From contig CAVRAG010000008.1 in assembly GCA_963718895.1 (NCBI GenBank), positions 1,472,001 to 1,536,000 of the forward strand: a stretch of 64,000 nt of DNA. Direction: 5' to 3'. Source of the DNA: an uncultured Nitrososphaerota archaeon (GTDB lineage Archaea > Thermoproteota > Nitrososphaeria > Nitrososphaerales > Gagatemarchaeaceae). The position numbers and the translations under genes were made by a program. How positions within the stretch are numbered: the first letter of the stretch is position 1; the number at the start of each line of letters is the position of its first letter. Shown here in pieces: positions 38,783-48,215 of this stretch. The notes under the pieces were generated by a model. It worked only from the letters and a program-made list of their open reading frames with translations, ran no database searches and was not told the origin of the DNA.

Positions 38783-39592
38783 CTACGGATTCAGACCTCT
38801 GACAGCCCATGCTCTCGCAGCCAGTTGAATCTCTCCCTTCGGGCCGGTTGGCAGTTCTGCAATCAGCTTCGCCCGCAACCTTTCCCTGTTCGCCTCGTTG
38901 AGCGACGTTATGTATTCGCCTGCAGGACCCTGGCCCCCGAGGAAGGGATTCCAGTAGTCAGCGAAATCTTGAAAGCGCATCTCTATCCCGATGGGACCGA
39001 CCTCTACGTCGGAGAGTCCGGCATCCTCGAACAATCTCCTCAGCCGATCTGGACGACAGAGAGGAAAGCGCTCGCCTTGGTCCAGATGCCGGGCGGCCGG
39101 GTCAAGAGCCGAGGCCGAGTCCCAGAACGAACGCAGCATCTTCATCCCGTCCGAGTAGTCCCATACGCAAACAGAGACGACTCCGCCTCGCCTGGCCACG
39201 CGGCGCATCTCCTGCAGCGCTCTCGCCGGGTCGGGGATGAAATTCAGGACGAATTCAGAGAGCACCCCGTCGAAGCTTTCGTCGGGGAAGGGCAGAGCCA
39301 TCGCATCGCCGACGCGGAACTCCGCCATGTGGCCGTAATTAGCGAGTCTTGAATGGGAGTACTCGATGAAGGCGGGGGAGGGGTCAACGGCCGTCACCCG
39401 TCCGGCTCCTGACGCCAGGACCGCCTCGGTCAGCGCTCCCGTGCCGCAACCGACATCGAGGACCCGGGCATCCGTCGGAACCCGCGCCCAGTCGAGGAAC
39501 TTGGGAGCGAGCAGCTGGGACCACCTGCCCATGAACGCCTGATAGGCTTCGCCGTCTTCCCAAGCAGTCAGGCCACTCTCACGAGTGGACAT
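38783..39592 (-). CDS. Class I SAM-dependent methyltransferase
   Basis: VLDVGCGTG, GDAMALPFPDESFD. Confidence 0.92.
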   Translation of the reverse strand: MSTRESGLTAWEDGEAYQAFMGRWSQLLAPKFLDWARVPTDARVLDVGCGTGALTEAVLASGAGRVTAVDPSPAFIEYSHSRLANYGHMAEFRVGDAMALPFPDESFDGVLSEFVLNFIPDPARALQEMRRVARRGGVVSVCVWDYSDGMKMLRSFWDSASALDPAARHLDQGERFPLCRPDRLRRLFEDAGLSDVEVGPIGIEMRFQDFADYWNPFLGGQGPAGEYITSLNEANRERLRAKLIAELPTGPKGEIQLAARAWAVRGLNP

Positions 39593-39619
39593 TTGCCGCG
39601 GTCTCCTATTTAATGAAGG

Positions 39620-40273
39620 TCATACTGGTTCGGGCCAAAGGAGCTCGTTTCCTCGGGAGGGGTTCGTCGCGCCTCCGCCAGGGAAGATCGACCCGTGCGC
39701 CAGACAGTTCTCGTTGTAGTAGCATACATAGGTGGTGACGTGCCCTGATGAGATGTCAAAGGTCACGTAGATGCTGGCAATGGGCGACGTCGAGACCGAC
39801 AGGCTGTAGTTGAAACCCGCATGGCTGACGACCAAATCGTAGTATCCGAAATCGCCGTCGAGCATGCTCGCCCATCCGCTCGAGTTAGTTGTGACAGGCG
39901 GCAGATTTGAGACCTGCAGGTAGTCGTTACAGTATCCTTGCGCCTGGCCGCTCACCCTAGCGCCCGGGACAGGAGTCGTCCCGTTCACCACGTGAATTAC
40001 CGCTCCGATGGTTGGGCCGGAGACGGTACACTGGACGTTCGTGTACACGGTATTCGTGAACGTCTGCGTTGCCACTGTTTTGATGGAGGTTACAGTCGTC
40101 GTTGTGGTCACAGTCTCCGCGGACACTGTGTTGGTGGTTCCCTGTCCCGAAGTCAGTGTCACGGTCTTGGTCTCTTGCCCAATGGCGAAGAACAGGCTCG
40201 CGGATATTAGCACCCCGGCTATGACGATTGCTGAAGCAATCGCAAAGTAGCTCCGGTTAGCCTGGCCGCTCAA
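39620..40273 (-). CDS. Membrane-anchored Thr-rich surface protein
   Basis: Same anchor as 37013..38011; the ORF reads through the repeat at 39660-39683. Confidence 0.7.
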   Translation of the reverse strand: MSGQANRSYFAIASAIVIAGVLISASLFFAIGQETKTVTLTSGQGTTNTVSAETVTTTTTVTSIKTVATQTFTNTVYTNVQCTVSGPTIGAVIHVVNGTTPVPGARVSGQAQGYCNDYLQVSNLPPVTTNSSGWASMLDGDFGYYDLVVSHAGFNYSLSVSTSPIASIYVTFDISSGHVTTYVCYYNENCLAHGSIFPGGGATNPSRGNELLWPEPV

Positions 40274-40304
40274 GAGGTTGAACCTCTGCCGAAGTCGGGC
40301 GTTA

Positions 40305-40414
40305 TCTGATTAATAGTTTTGTCCGAACGGAACCTCTAGCCGTTTGCCTAATTCAAGATGCCGTAAAGAAAGGCAGTGCCATGTATAGGGTTCATTGCGC
40401 CTCCGCTGGGGCAT
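40305..40414 (+). repeat. Long-form boundary element
   Basis: TGATTAATAGTTTTGTCCGAACGGAACCTCTAGCC..AGATGCCGTAAAGAAAGGCAGTGCCATGTATAGGGTTCATTGCGCCTCCGCTGGGGCAT. Confidence 0.9.
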
Positions 40415-40521
40415 ATTCGGTCGACGAATGATTCGAATTGCACTTCAAGGTGCTTCTGAGCGCTGGCACGTCTGTTCAAATCCGCAAGTGGATAAATATC
40501 TTCGAACCTTGATTAGGGCCC

Positions 40522-41031
40522 GTGTATGAAACAGAGCAAGAGCTGGGCGAATTGCAGCTCCTCCTCGACAGAAGTATGAACAGGGCAGGCGCCCAGGTGC
40601 GCTCCATCTTCGCGGACGAGAATCGACTCTCTGCTCGACAGATTTGTACGTATATGCAGGGGGTCAAGCAGGTAGCCGCCGCGACGGTAAGCTCAAGGGG
40701 AGAACCCAGAGTAGCACCAATAGATTCTGTGCTGTTCCATGGGAAGTTCTACATCTCCACAGACCTGCTTTCTTTTCGTGCCAAGGATCTTCGCAAGAGA
40801 CCGGCCATAAGTCTGACCTATTTCGAAAGTGCCGACCCAGTGATTATAGTTCATGGTGCGGCAGCTTTCATCGAGAAGGACCATCAAAGTTTCGCCAGCC
40901 TAGATTCGGAATGGGTCAAGGCTTACGGCAAGAGCATTCTGCAGCTTTCTGAGACTGTTACATTCATACAGGTCGAATCCAGAACGATGCTAGCATATGC
41001 TTTCCATCCGGAGAGGTTTCAAGACACATAG
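40522..41031 (+). CDS. Pyridoxamine 5'-phosphate oxidase family protein
   Basis: ATVSSRGEPRVAPID..LRKRPAIS..VHG. Confidence 0.8.
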   Translation: MYETEQELGELQLLLDRSMNRAGAQVRSIFADENRLSARQICTYMQGVKQVAAATVSSRGEPRVAPIDSVLFHGKFYISTDLLSFRAKDLRKRPAISLTYFESADPVIIVHGAAAFIEKDHQSFASLDSEWVKAYGKSILQLSETVTFIQVESRTMLAYAFHPERFQDT

Positions 41032-41180
41032 ACAATTGAATTCCTCGGCAATGGTCATTGAGAACGAATACGATGTGTAGGGTTCATTGCGCCTGGAGTT
41101 GACAGTCCCAGTTGGAATCAAGCTTGGATGAGATGGTAAGTATCCGACGCCCGCACACTAGGTCGAAGACACAATCTCTG

Positions 41181-41663
41181 TTAGACATTACCTTCAATTG
41201 AAGGGATGATTGAAAATGTCACGACATAGACGGGGTCGCCAAGATTGTCATACCGACTCTCGATTCTCCAGACATGATTGGCTACCAGCTTGATTCGTAT
41301 TCGGACATTCGAACCAACAAGATGATACTGATTCCAGGGCTCGCTAGAGGCTGTAATTCCTGCCTCCACTCCTCCGTGGCCCTTCGGGTCGTTGAGTTCT
41401 TCAGGGGTTGCTGGGCTCCCTTTCGGTCCCCTTCGATTGGGAGGCGAATCTACCTTTACAGTTACGTTTGTCTCAGGCGCGATTACATCTCCCTTCTTTG
41501 GATTGACGCTCGACCCACGAACGCTCAGCAGGACTGCTCTGGCTCGAATCTTGTTACCATCTTCAAGATTGTATGTAGACCACCCTTCGATGGTCTCAAT
41601 TTCGAAATCTAGTATGCGAAGTTGGCTTGGATCACTGATGGGTTCGGCACTAGGTGCTGACAC
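41181..41663 (-). CDS. Hypothetical protein with internal duplication
   Basis: EGWSTYNLEDGNKIR and EPWNQYHLVGSNVRIR. Confidence 0.7.
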   Translation of the reverse strand: MSAPSAEPISDPSQLRILDFEIETIEGWSTYNLEDGNKIRARAVLLSVRGSSVNPKKGDVIAPETNVTVKVDSPPNRRGPKGSPATPEELNDPKGHGGVEAGITASSEPWNQYHLVGSNVRIRIKLVANHVWRIESRYDNLGDPVYVVTFSIIPSIEGNV

Positions 41664-42006
41664 GCTGTGTTGTCCCCATAGGTGGCACTTGTGAGGATTG
41701 GGAGACGGGGAAGTTCATCGAAGGAATGGTTTCGAGAATAAATCCTGAGACAGTGCCTACGGTTGCTCGGAACTCTTTTCTCGGGTCCAATATGAACTTG
41801 CCAGATTCCCAAGGTCGACTCTGATCTCGTCTGTCGTTCTCTGCTAAGGCTTGAAGTACTCGAATGTTGTCGTCCATAGCTTGCGAAGACAGTCTCTCTA
41901 TTTCCTCAAGCGGAATGTTGTCTTCAGTCAAGGCAGAACACTCGTCTGTGGTTCTGGACGGGAACTTAAGCATTATGCATGATTCATCGACCCATATGCA
42001 GTTCAA
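41650..42006 (-). CDS. Hypothetical protein, possible Doc antitoxin
   Basis: Overlaps both neighbours; QAMDDNIRVLQALAE resembles Doc-partner helices; start uncertain. Confidence 0.5.
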   Translation of the reverse strand: MNCIWVDESCIMLKFPSRTTDECSALTEDNIPLEEIERLSSQAMDDNIRVLQALAENDRRDQSRPWESGKFILDPRKEFRATVGTVSGFILETIPSMNFPVSQSSQVPPMGTTQRVST

Positions 42007-42385
42007 ACCAAGAAGAGAGCTCTACAAGTGATAGTCGACCCGTTGCTACGCCGCTTAGAATCGATACGGCCTCATCCGGGTCTACAAGTACCAATTTGCA
42101 CCCGTTTGCCCTCAGAAACACATCTGCGGTCTGATAGGCGGTGCGTTTGTTACCATCAACGAATGGGTGATTGGTCACCAAGCACCACAACAAGTATGCG
42201 GCAATTCTCGCTATTTGCTGTCTTTCAGAATACTCAGAATACTCGGCTTCTTGATCTCGAGCGGTTTCGATGCAGTAGTCAAGACCGCCCACATAATTGA
42301 AGCCTGGGGATTTCTCGCCCATCCGGCTCATTAACTCCCGGTGTATAGCCACGACTCCCTCCATTGTAGGGTATCGCAGAGTCAA
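41984..42385 (-). CDS. doc: Death-on-curing (Fic/Doc) toxin
   Basis: Canonical HPFVDGNKRTA..FLRANG. Confidence 0.9.
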   Translation of the reverse strand: MTLRYPTMEGVVAIHRELMSRMGEKSPGFNYVGGLDYCIETARDQEAEYSEYSERQQIARIAAYLLWCLVTNHPFVDGNKRTAYQTADVFLRANGCKLVLVDPDEAVSILSGVATGRLSLVELSSWFELHMGR

Positions 42386-42474
42386 TCAAGTGTCACAGAA
42401 TGGAAATCCCATAATAAACATGCGTTGCGCCGCATGACCGAGACAAAGAGAGGCTTCTAGTCGTTGATCTGTTG

Positions 42475-42550
42475 GATGCCGTAAAAAGGCAAGTGCCATG
42501 TATAGGGTTCATTGCGCTTCTGCCGGAGCATTTCAGCCACACGTTGGGCT
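42475..42550 (+). repeat. Long-form boundary element
   Basis: GATGCCGTAAAAAGGCAAGTGCCATGTATAGGGTTCATTGCGCTTCTGCCGGAGCATTTCAGCCACACGTTGGGCT. Confidence 0.9.
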
Positions 42551-42564
42551 GCAGTAAGCCGACC

Positions 42565-43521
42565 TCACGCGGGCAGCGGCTCGCCAACGCGCCCCAGCAC
42601 GCGCAGCGCTCTCAGCGTTATCATCTTGCTCGGCTCGCCCACGGCCTCCAATGAGAAGGGTCTGAATCTGTCTTTGTGCTTCGGCCACCAGCCCGGCATC
42701 TTGCCCGCATTCAGGCAGTCCGGGTGCACGGCGTCCATCAGCCACCGGCCGTCCCTTCGCCGCTTCTCCTTCAGCAGGGCCAAGGCGGAGGCGGCCCGCG
42801 AATCGTCTCCCCTCCCGAGCCCGGTGATGAACTCCAGCCCGACGAGGAGGTCGTAATAGTAGTGATAGGGGAAGTGGAGCCTGTACCACGGGTCGTACCG
42901 CGCCCCCTGGTGGAGGAGGCCGCGCTCGAGGTAGAACTCGCAGCCCCTTTCGACCGCCGCCTTCATGCTTCGCGTCCACTTCTGGCGCGGATAGGCGGCG
43001 AAGGCGCTCATCCCCTCCCATCCGTCTATGACGCCGTTCTTCCCCCAGCAGTGCCAGCCGCCGTTGGGCTTCTGGTTCCGCACCAACCACTCGAAGGCGC
43101 GCCTCACTTTCGAGTCGTCGGCGTATCCGAACTTGATCAGCGCTCTCGCCGTATTCCCCACAAGGCAGAGCTCGCTCTTGTTTCCCCCCATGTTGAAGCC
43201 GCCGTCAGGCCTAGCGAACATGTCCCTCCACATCTCCGCCGACTCCGCGAGCCAGGGGAGCTCTCTCGTCACCCCGAGGTCAGAGAGGGTGAGGAGCATC
43301 CAGTTGGTCGAGATGTACTTCGGCCTGTAGAGGTCCTCGCCGTCGACCCAGTAGCCGCCCAGGAGGCGGGTCTTGAGAATGTCCCTGACCCAGCCCCGAG
43401 ACGGTATCGCCCGCCGGGCCTCGCGAAGGTCACGTTCGCTCGACCCGAGGAGGTCCCGCATGACCAGATAGCGGACCGCGGGCTGGTTTTCCTCGGTCAG
43501 CCATTCCATCACGCCCTTCAT
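42565..43521 (-). CDS. Prenyltransferase/squalene-cyclase-repeat (alpha/alpha barrel) protein
   Basis: WLVRNQKPNGGWHC, FPYHYYYDLL, DGRW, GEPSKMITLRAL. Confidence 0.75.
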   Translation of the reverse strand: MKGVMEWLTEENQPAVRYLVMRDLLGSSERDLREARRAIPSRGWVRDILKTRLLGGYWVDGEDLYRPKYISTNWMLLTLSDLGVTRELPWLAESAEMWRDMFARPDGGFNMGGNKSELCLVGNTARALIKFGYADDSKVRRAFEWLVRNQKPNGGWHCWGKNGVIDGWEGMSAFAAYPRQKWTRSMKAAVERGCEFYLERGLLHQGARYDPWYRLHFPYHYYYDLLVGLEFITGLGRGDDSRAASALALLKEKRRRDGRWLMDAVHPDCLNAGKMPGWWPKHKDRFRPFSLEAVGEPSKMITLRALRVLGRVGEPLPA

Positions 43522-43649
43522 TGCGGATGATGAGGGGTTCTATTCATATTAAGCCCTTCTTGAGATGGCCAAGAGAATCTGGGGGTCAATTGTGCCTCCG
43601 CCGGGGCAATTTCACGCACATTTTGGGCGGTAAGAGATTGTATGCCCCT

Positions 43650-44249
43650 CTAGCGACGCAAGGAGGTAGCATCCTTCTTCTTCTGGACTATGAAGCCGAC
43701 CGAATGGGCGCTCGTCTCTATTTTGGAGGCGTAGCCCATCTGCTCGAGCAGCGCCCCGACGAACTTCGCCAGGAAGAGGGACCCCTTCGTCCCGAACCTG
43801 TGGAAGAGCGTGATGACCTTCCCCTCAGGGGACTCGGTGATCGAGCACTCGAAGAGGTTCGCGAACTGCGCCAGCATCTGGATGTACTCGACGGTCGTCT
43901 CGAAGGAGACCTGCCCGTACTTCGAGAGGATGATCGACCTGGGCGTGTCGAGAGCAGCGAGCACCGCAGCCTCGGCGATCTTGTCGTCGGGCGCTGACTC
44001 CAGCAGCTTCTCCAGCGCGGCCCCGGTGAGCTTGACGAGGTCCAGCCTCGCGTGGAACCGGTCGAAGTTGGCGAAGGGGAGCAGCTGCTGGTTGACGAGC
44101 GTGTTGACGCTGATGGACCTCTTCGCTGACTCCTCTTCCAGCGCAGCCATGACCGCCTCATCAATCCTGAAGGAGCGGGTCACCGTCTTCCCACGCGCAC
44201 CAAAGACGATCGGCGAGTGGCACTCGGGGCATATCACAGTGCTGGGCAT
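43650..44249 (-). CDS. RHH-containing putative regulator with N-terminal CxxC
   Basis: TRSFRIDE..ISVNTLVNQQL. Confidence 0.65.
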   Translation of the reverse strand: MPSTVICPECHSPIVFGARGKTVTRSFRIDEAVMAALEEESAKRSISVNTLVNQQLLPFANFDRFHARLDLVKLTGAALEKLLESAPDDKIAEAAVLAALDTPRSIILSKYGQVSFETTVEYIQMLAQFANLFECSITESPEGKVITLFHRFGTKGSLFLAKFVGALLEQMGYASKIETSAHSVGFIVQKKKDATSLRR

Positions 44250-44351
44250 GGTCGTCTCCTCTCCCTCCGCGGTTCATATAGGTTACAGGTGGTTATCTTC
44301 GGCACAAAAAATACGTCTTCCGCAAATATCCCCTCACCTTCCGACGCGTCC

Positions 44352-44993
44352 ATGAGTAACGCAACAACGGAGACGGGTCGGAAGAACTGGCTTCCACGTG
44401 AGCCGAGGATGGTCGCTGACATGGAGGCAGTCGAGCAGGCACTCCCCTTCGAGGAGTACGCCAAGGACACGGAGAGGCTGAGCGAGCTGGTCGGACGGCT
44501 CGAGCACCTCTACGACAAGCGGGAGAAAATAATCGATCACATCATCGAGTACGGGACCGGCATCGAGACAGAGAAGGCGCTCAGGATGTACTCGATCCCT
44601 GTCCTGGAGCAGTGGGAGGCCGCGCTGGAGAGCTTCAGGGCGCAGCAGGACCAACACGGCGACACGAGCCTCAGGGCGGACATAGCGATGCTCAGGACGG
44701 AGATCGCCCGATTGAAGGCGGCGCAGACCAAGGCGAACGCCGAAGAGAAGGTCAAACTGCAGGCCAGAATCGACGAGCTCCACGGGAAGCTCCACTCCAA
44801 GCTGGCGGCGACTGGACAGAGGTTGAAAGAACGGGAAGCTACCGCTGCGGCGAAGGCCCGGGGCCTGGAGTCGAAGGCTGCGGAGAAGCGGAGCGAGGCC
44901 AGCGAGGCGGTGAAGGCCCGAATCGCCAGTGTCAAGTCGAGGCGGCAGAAGGAGGATGAGGCGGGTGTGGCCCTTGAAGGTGTGGTAGCATGA
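44352..44993 (+). CDS. Coiled-coil hypothetical protein
   Basis: A/E/K/R-rich heptads; ATGA overlap with the next gene. Confidence 0.65.
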   Translation: MSNATTETGRKNWLPREPRMVADMEAVEQALPFEEYAKDTERLSELVGRLEHLYDKREKIIDHIIEYGTGIETEKALRMYSIPVLEQWEAALESFRAQQDQHGDTSLRADIAMLRTEIARLKAAQTKANAEEKVKLQARIDELHGKLHSKLAATGQRLKEREATAAAKARGLESKAAEKRSEASEAVKARIASVKSRRQKEDEAGVALEGVVA

Positions 44994-45592
44994 GCCTGCT
45001 CAAGCAACCTGGGTGGCTCCGGGGCCTCGAGGTCGGCGCGGGCCTCCTGTCCCTGACGCTCGCGATATCGGTCTTCGTCTTCCCGGCGCTCGGGGTCGCG
45101 ACTCTCGTCTTCCTGCTCGCCGTCGGTCTCATCCTCGTCGGAGCTAGGTCTGTCTCCGTCGCAGGGTACGGCCGCCTCTCCAAGAGCATACGGGCGCTGG
45201 GCGCGATAACCGGGGTCCTCTCCATCGTCCTGGCGGTCTCCGTCATGACATTCCCCGGCCTGGCCCTCTTCAGTCTCATCACGCTGCTGAGCTTGGGCCT
45301 GATCTTCTACGGAATCGGCAGGGTGTCTCTGGCCTACTCGCTGAAGGCGACGTCGACCTGGCTGAGAGTTGCGATAGCGGCGGTCGGAATCCTGGACGTC
45401 ATACTCTCGGTGGCGGTCGTCCTGCTGCCGGGTGTGGCGCTCCTGTCGCTGGCGGTCATCCTCGGCCTGGCGCTGTTCATGACGGGAGTAGAGATGTGCG
45501 TCTCCGGCGCGGTGGGGCGCACCTGGCTGGGTGACGTCGCCAAGGCGGCTCAGGACCTGCAGGCCGCCTCACCCCTCATAGGTTCAGCGTGA
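44990..45592 (+). CDS. HdeD/DUF308 family membrane protein
   Basis: Six TMs with the repeated GxLSxxL..FP pattern. Confidence 0.75.
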   Translation: MSLLKQPGWLRGLEVGAGLLSLTLAISVFVFPALGVATLVFLLAVGLILVGARSVSVAGYGRLSKSIRALGAITGVLSIVLAVSVMTFPGLALFSLITLLSLGLIFYGIGRVSLAYSLKATSTWLRVAIAAVGILDVILSVAVVLLPGVALLSLAVILGLALFMTGVEMCVSGAVGRTWLGDVAKAAQDLQAASPLIGSA

Positions 45593-45614
45593 GAGATCCG
45601 TGAGCTGACCGCGA

Positions 45615-46286
45615 TTGAATGACTTGGACTACGGGCGACGGACGTCGACGTTCGCGCCCGGCGAGGTCGGCCAGATTCTGGTAGCCTGGATAGTCCTGTC
45701 ACTGGCCATCTCCGTGAGCTACCTCGGGGGACTCTTCGAAGGGGCGGGTGACGCCGCCGGAATCGCGGCCGCCTTCATCGGGACGGCGACCGCCTTCATC
45801 CTTCACGAGATGGGCCACAAGTTCGTCGCCATGCGGTTCGGCTACGTCGCGCACTTTCAGGTCTGGGCCTGGGGGCTGGCCCTGACGCTCATCACGGCCG
45901 TCGTCTCACAGGGCGCGTTCATGTTCGGTGCCCCGGGGGCGGTCTACATCGCGCCCGCTGTTGCTGGAGGATACTACGCATACGGCCGCCGCTCTGACGT
46001 CCTGAGGAGCCAGGACCGTGAGAACATGCTGATCTCTGCCGCCGGACCCGGCACGAACCTCGCCTTCGCTATCTTGTTTCTGGCCCTCCTCATCTTCGGT
46101 CCCGCGACCGGCTTCGTGCAGACGGTTGCCTCCTATGGGTTCTCCCTGAACGTAGGTCTGGGCGCCTTCAACATGCTGCCGATCCCGCCAATGGACGGCT
46201 ACAAGATATTCAGGGGCAGCATCCCTAGGGCTCTTTTGATAGCACTGCCCCTGTGGGGGATGTTCTTGCTGCTCCTTCTCCCCTGA
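45615..46286 (+). CDS. Site-2 protease (M50) family metalloprotease
   Basis: HEMGH, AGPGTN, FNMLPIPPMDG. Confidence 0.92.
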   Translation: MNDLDYGRRTSTFAPGEVGQILVAWIVLSLAISVSYLGGLFEGAGDAAGIAAAFIGTATAFILHEMGHKFVAMRFGYVAHFQVWAWGLALTLITAVVSQGAFMFGAPGAVYIAPAVAGGYYAYGRRSDVLRSQDRENMLISAAGPGTNLAFAILFLALLIFGPATGFVQTVASYGFSLNVGLGAFNMLPIPPMDGYKIFRGSIPRALLIALPLWGMFLLLLLP

Positions 46287-46666
46287 AGTTCCTGAGACAT
46301 GGCGAAGTGGGGCGTCCCGCCCTGCTGGGTTCATTGCGCCTCTCCGAGCGATTAAACCTTACCCGGAGATTTCGTTGTAGCATAAGGAAAGGCGCGGAAG
46401 ACCATTCCTAGCTGGAAATCAAGAATAATTCTTGTCATCCCCATGCAACCCTGATATATCGCGGATGGACACGAAAAGGGAACTGGATTGATGTCTAGGT
46501 GCTGAAGAAAAAGTTCTGCCAGGGGCACTCTGACTACTACAAAGAGACCGGATGGCTCTTCGAGGGGGACGACGTGGAGATTGTATCGGTGGAGGAGTGT
46601 CAAGCGAAGATTCATCCCGCACCTCCGGCGACGAAGAAGCAGCGAGACGGGGCGACCAATTAGATC

Positions 46667-46852
46667 GTGTCTCAGCAACAAAGACCTTGCGAGTATCACA
46701 AAAAGGTGCCGTGTGGCAATAGCGGCGAGGCTGTAGACTTTCCGGATGGAGTCCACTATGTCTGCGATCAGGGCATAAAGGAGTGGAACGAGACTCACGT
46801 CAACAAGATCTTTCGCAAGGGATTCTTGTCAAACGCTAGCAGCGAGAAGTAG
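46667..46852 (+). CDS. Small Cys/His-containing hypothetical protein
   Basis: CEYH..CG..HYVC pattern; weak support. Confidence 0.35.
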   Translation: MSQQQRPCEYHKKVPCGNSGEAVDFPDGVHYVCDQGIKEWNETHVNKIFRKGFLSNASSEK

Positions 46853-47011
46853 GTGCACGGGAATCTCCAGCTATTTCTTTCTCTTAGCATGCAGGACGAG
46901 TGTAAGCGTCGGTTCCGTTGGTCGTGATTGGAAGAACGTGGCGGTCGCCATAGGCGGCCATTCCACAAGGCTAAAACGTGCCTTGCGCAATCCCCGAAGG
47001 AGGATTACAAC

Positions 47012-47353
47012 ATAGCGGTCGACATCCAGAAGCTGTTCAACGAGGATCTCCCCGCCCAGTTCGCTAAGAACCCTGATCAAGTCAAGGCCATCGGCGGCAA
47101 GTTCCAGCTCAACATCACGGGCGACGGCGGCGAGTGGTTCATCGACGCCTCGGATACCGGCCCCTCCGTCATGCCGGGCCAGGGCCCAGCCGCCGACATC
47201 ACCATGACCATCGCCGCCGAGGACTTTGAGAAGCTCCAGGAGGACCCCCAGACCAACGGCATGGCGCTCTTCAACGAGGGCAAGATGATAATCCAGGGCA
47301 ACGCGATGCTGGGGATGAAGTTAGGCAAACTCTTCACCCTCGGGCCGTCCTAG
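47012..47353 (+). CDS. SCP2 sterol/lipid-binding domain protein (ATA at the expected start)
   Basis: FQLNITGDGGEW..ADITMTI..MALFNEGKMIIQGN; GAAGGAGGA about 8 nt upstream of ATA. Confidence 0.8.
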   Translation: MAVDIQKLFNEDLPAQFAKNPDQVKAIGGKFQLNITGDGGEWFIDASDTGPSVMPGQGPAADITMTIAAEDFEKLQEDPQTNGMALFNEGKMIIQGNAMLGMKLGKLFTLGPS

Positions 47354-47374
47354 CCCGCTCGAGCCAGGCGAGGA

Positions 47375-47417
47375 GGTTCATTGCGCCTCCGCCGGGGCAT
47401 TTCATCCGCCTGCTGGA
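47375..47417 (+). repeat. Cassette-boundary repeat
   Basis: GGTTCATTGCGCCTCCGCCGGGGCATTTCATCCGCCTGCTGG. Confidence 0.88.
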
Positions 47418-47505
47418 GTATTGAACCTGAATCTGGAGCCCAAAGTATGACATTTGGGTCTACATTAAGGTAGACTTATATTCGGGTCCCGTGTTCACTT
47501 GATTC

Positions 47506-47736
47506 ATGTCGGTTGTGAGCGTGAAGGTGCCTCCCAGAGTGAAAGAAGACATGCAGAAGGTGAAGGACAGCGTACAGTGGTCCGAGGAGATAAGGAACTT
47601 CATCATCGACAAACTCGAAGAAGAGAAGAGGAAAGAAGGAATCAGGAAGGCCGAGGAGGTTCTGGGAAAGGTGCGCAGACTTCCCAAAGGCAGCACCGTG
47701 GGACTCGTAAGGGAAGACCGTGACAGTCATCATTGA
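47506..47736 (+). CDS. vapB: VapB antitoxin (RHH)
   Basis: MSVVSVKVP..VQWSEEIRNFI..VREDRD. Confidence 0.88.
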   Translation: MSVVSVKVPPRVKEDMQKVKDSVQWSEEIRNFIIDKLEEEKRKEGIRKAEEVLGKVRRLPKGSTVGLVREDRDSHH

Positions 47737-48124
47737 CGCCTCAGCTCTGGTAGCGTACCTGCTCGAGGAGAGCGGGTTCGAGAAAACCCGGGACCTGCTC
47801 GCTGGGGGCGTCGATGGTCCCGCCCTGCTCCCGGTGGAATCGACAAACGCGATACTCGAGGCCAGCAAGAGCGAGCGGATCAACCGTGCAAGCGCCCGTG
47901 AGGCGGTCGAGGCCATGTTGGGCCTCCTCGAATCCAACATCGAGATTCACGATGAAGGCGACGTTCTTGAGAGCGCGTTCGACATTGCTGCCGACCATGG
48001 CCTGACAATCTACGACTCCGTCTACCTTGCGTTAGCCCAGAAGCTACAAGGATCTATGGCTTCAAGGGATAGAAGGCAGATCGAGGCCGCGAAGAAGCTT
48101 GGAATAGAGACTGTGCAAACCTAG
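47720..48124 (+). CDS. vapC: VapC PIN-domain toxin
   Basis: IIDASAL, ESTNA, TIYDSVYLAL, SRDRRQ. Confidence 0.92.
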   Translation: MTVIIDASALVAYLLEESGFEKTRDLLAGGVDGPALLPVESTNAILEASKSERINRASAREAVEAMLGLLESNIEIHDEGDVLESAFDIAADHGLTIYDSVYLALAQKLQGSMASRDRRQIEAAKKLGIETVQT

Positions 48125-48134
48125 GTCGGACTTC

Positions 48135-48192
48135 GCCACGTATAGGGTTCATCGCGCCTCCGCCGGGACATTCCATCCACACGTTGGGCTAT
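48135..48192 (+). repeat. Cassette-boundary repeat (full length)
   Basis: GCCACGTATAGGGTTCATCGCGCCTCCGCCGGGACATTCCATCCACACGTTGGGCTA. Confidence 0.92.
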
Positions 48193-48215
48193 GGTAAGTC
48201 GGCCAACCGGAATCG

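Noticed and set aside
42676-43530. 284-aa plus-strand ORF; also 52170..53192 and 6910..7623
   Set aside because: GC-rich shadow frames overlapping better-supported genes.
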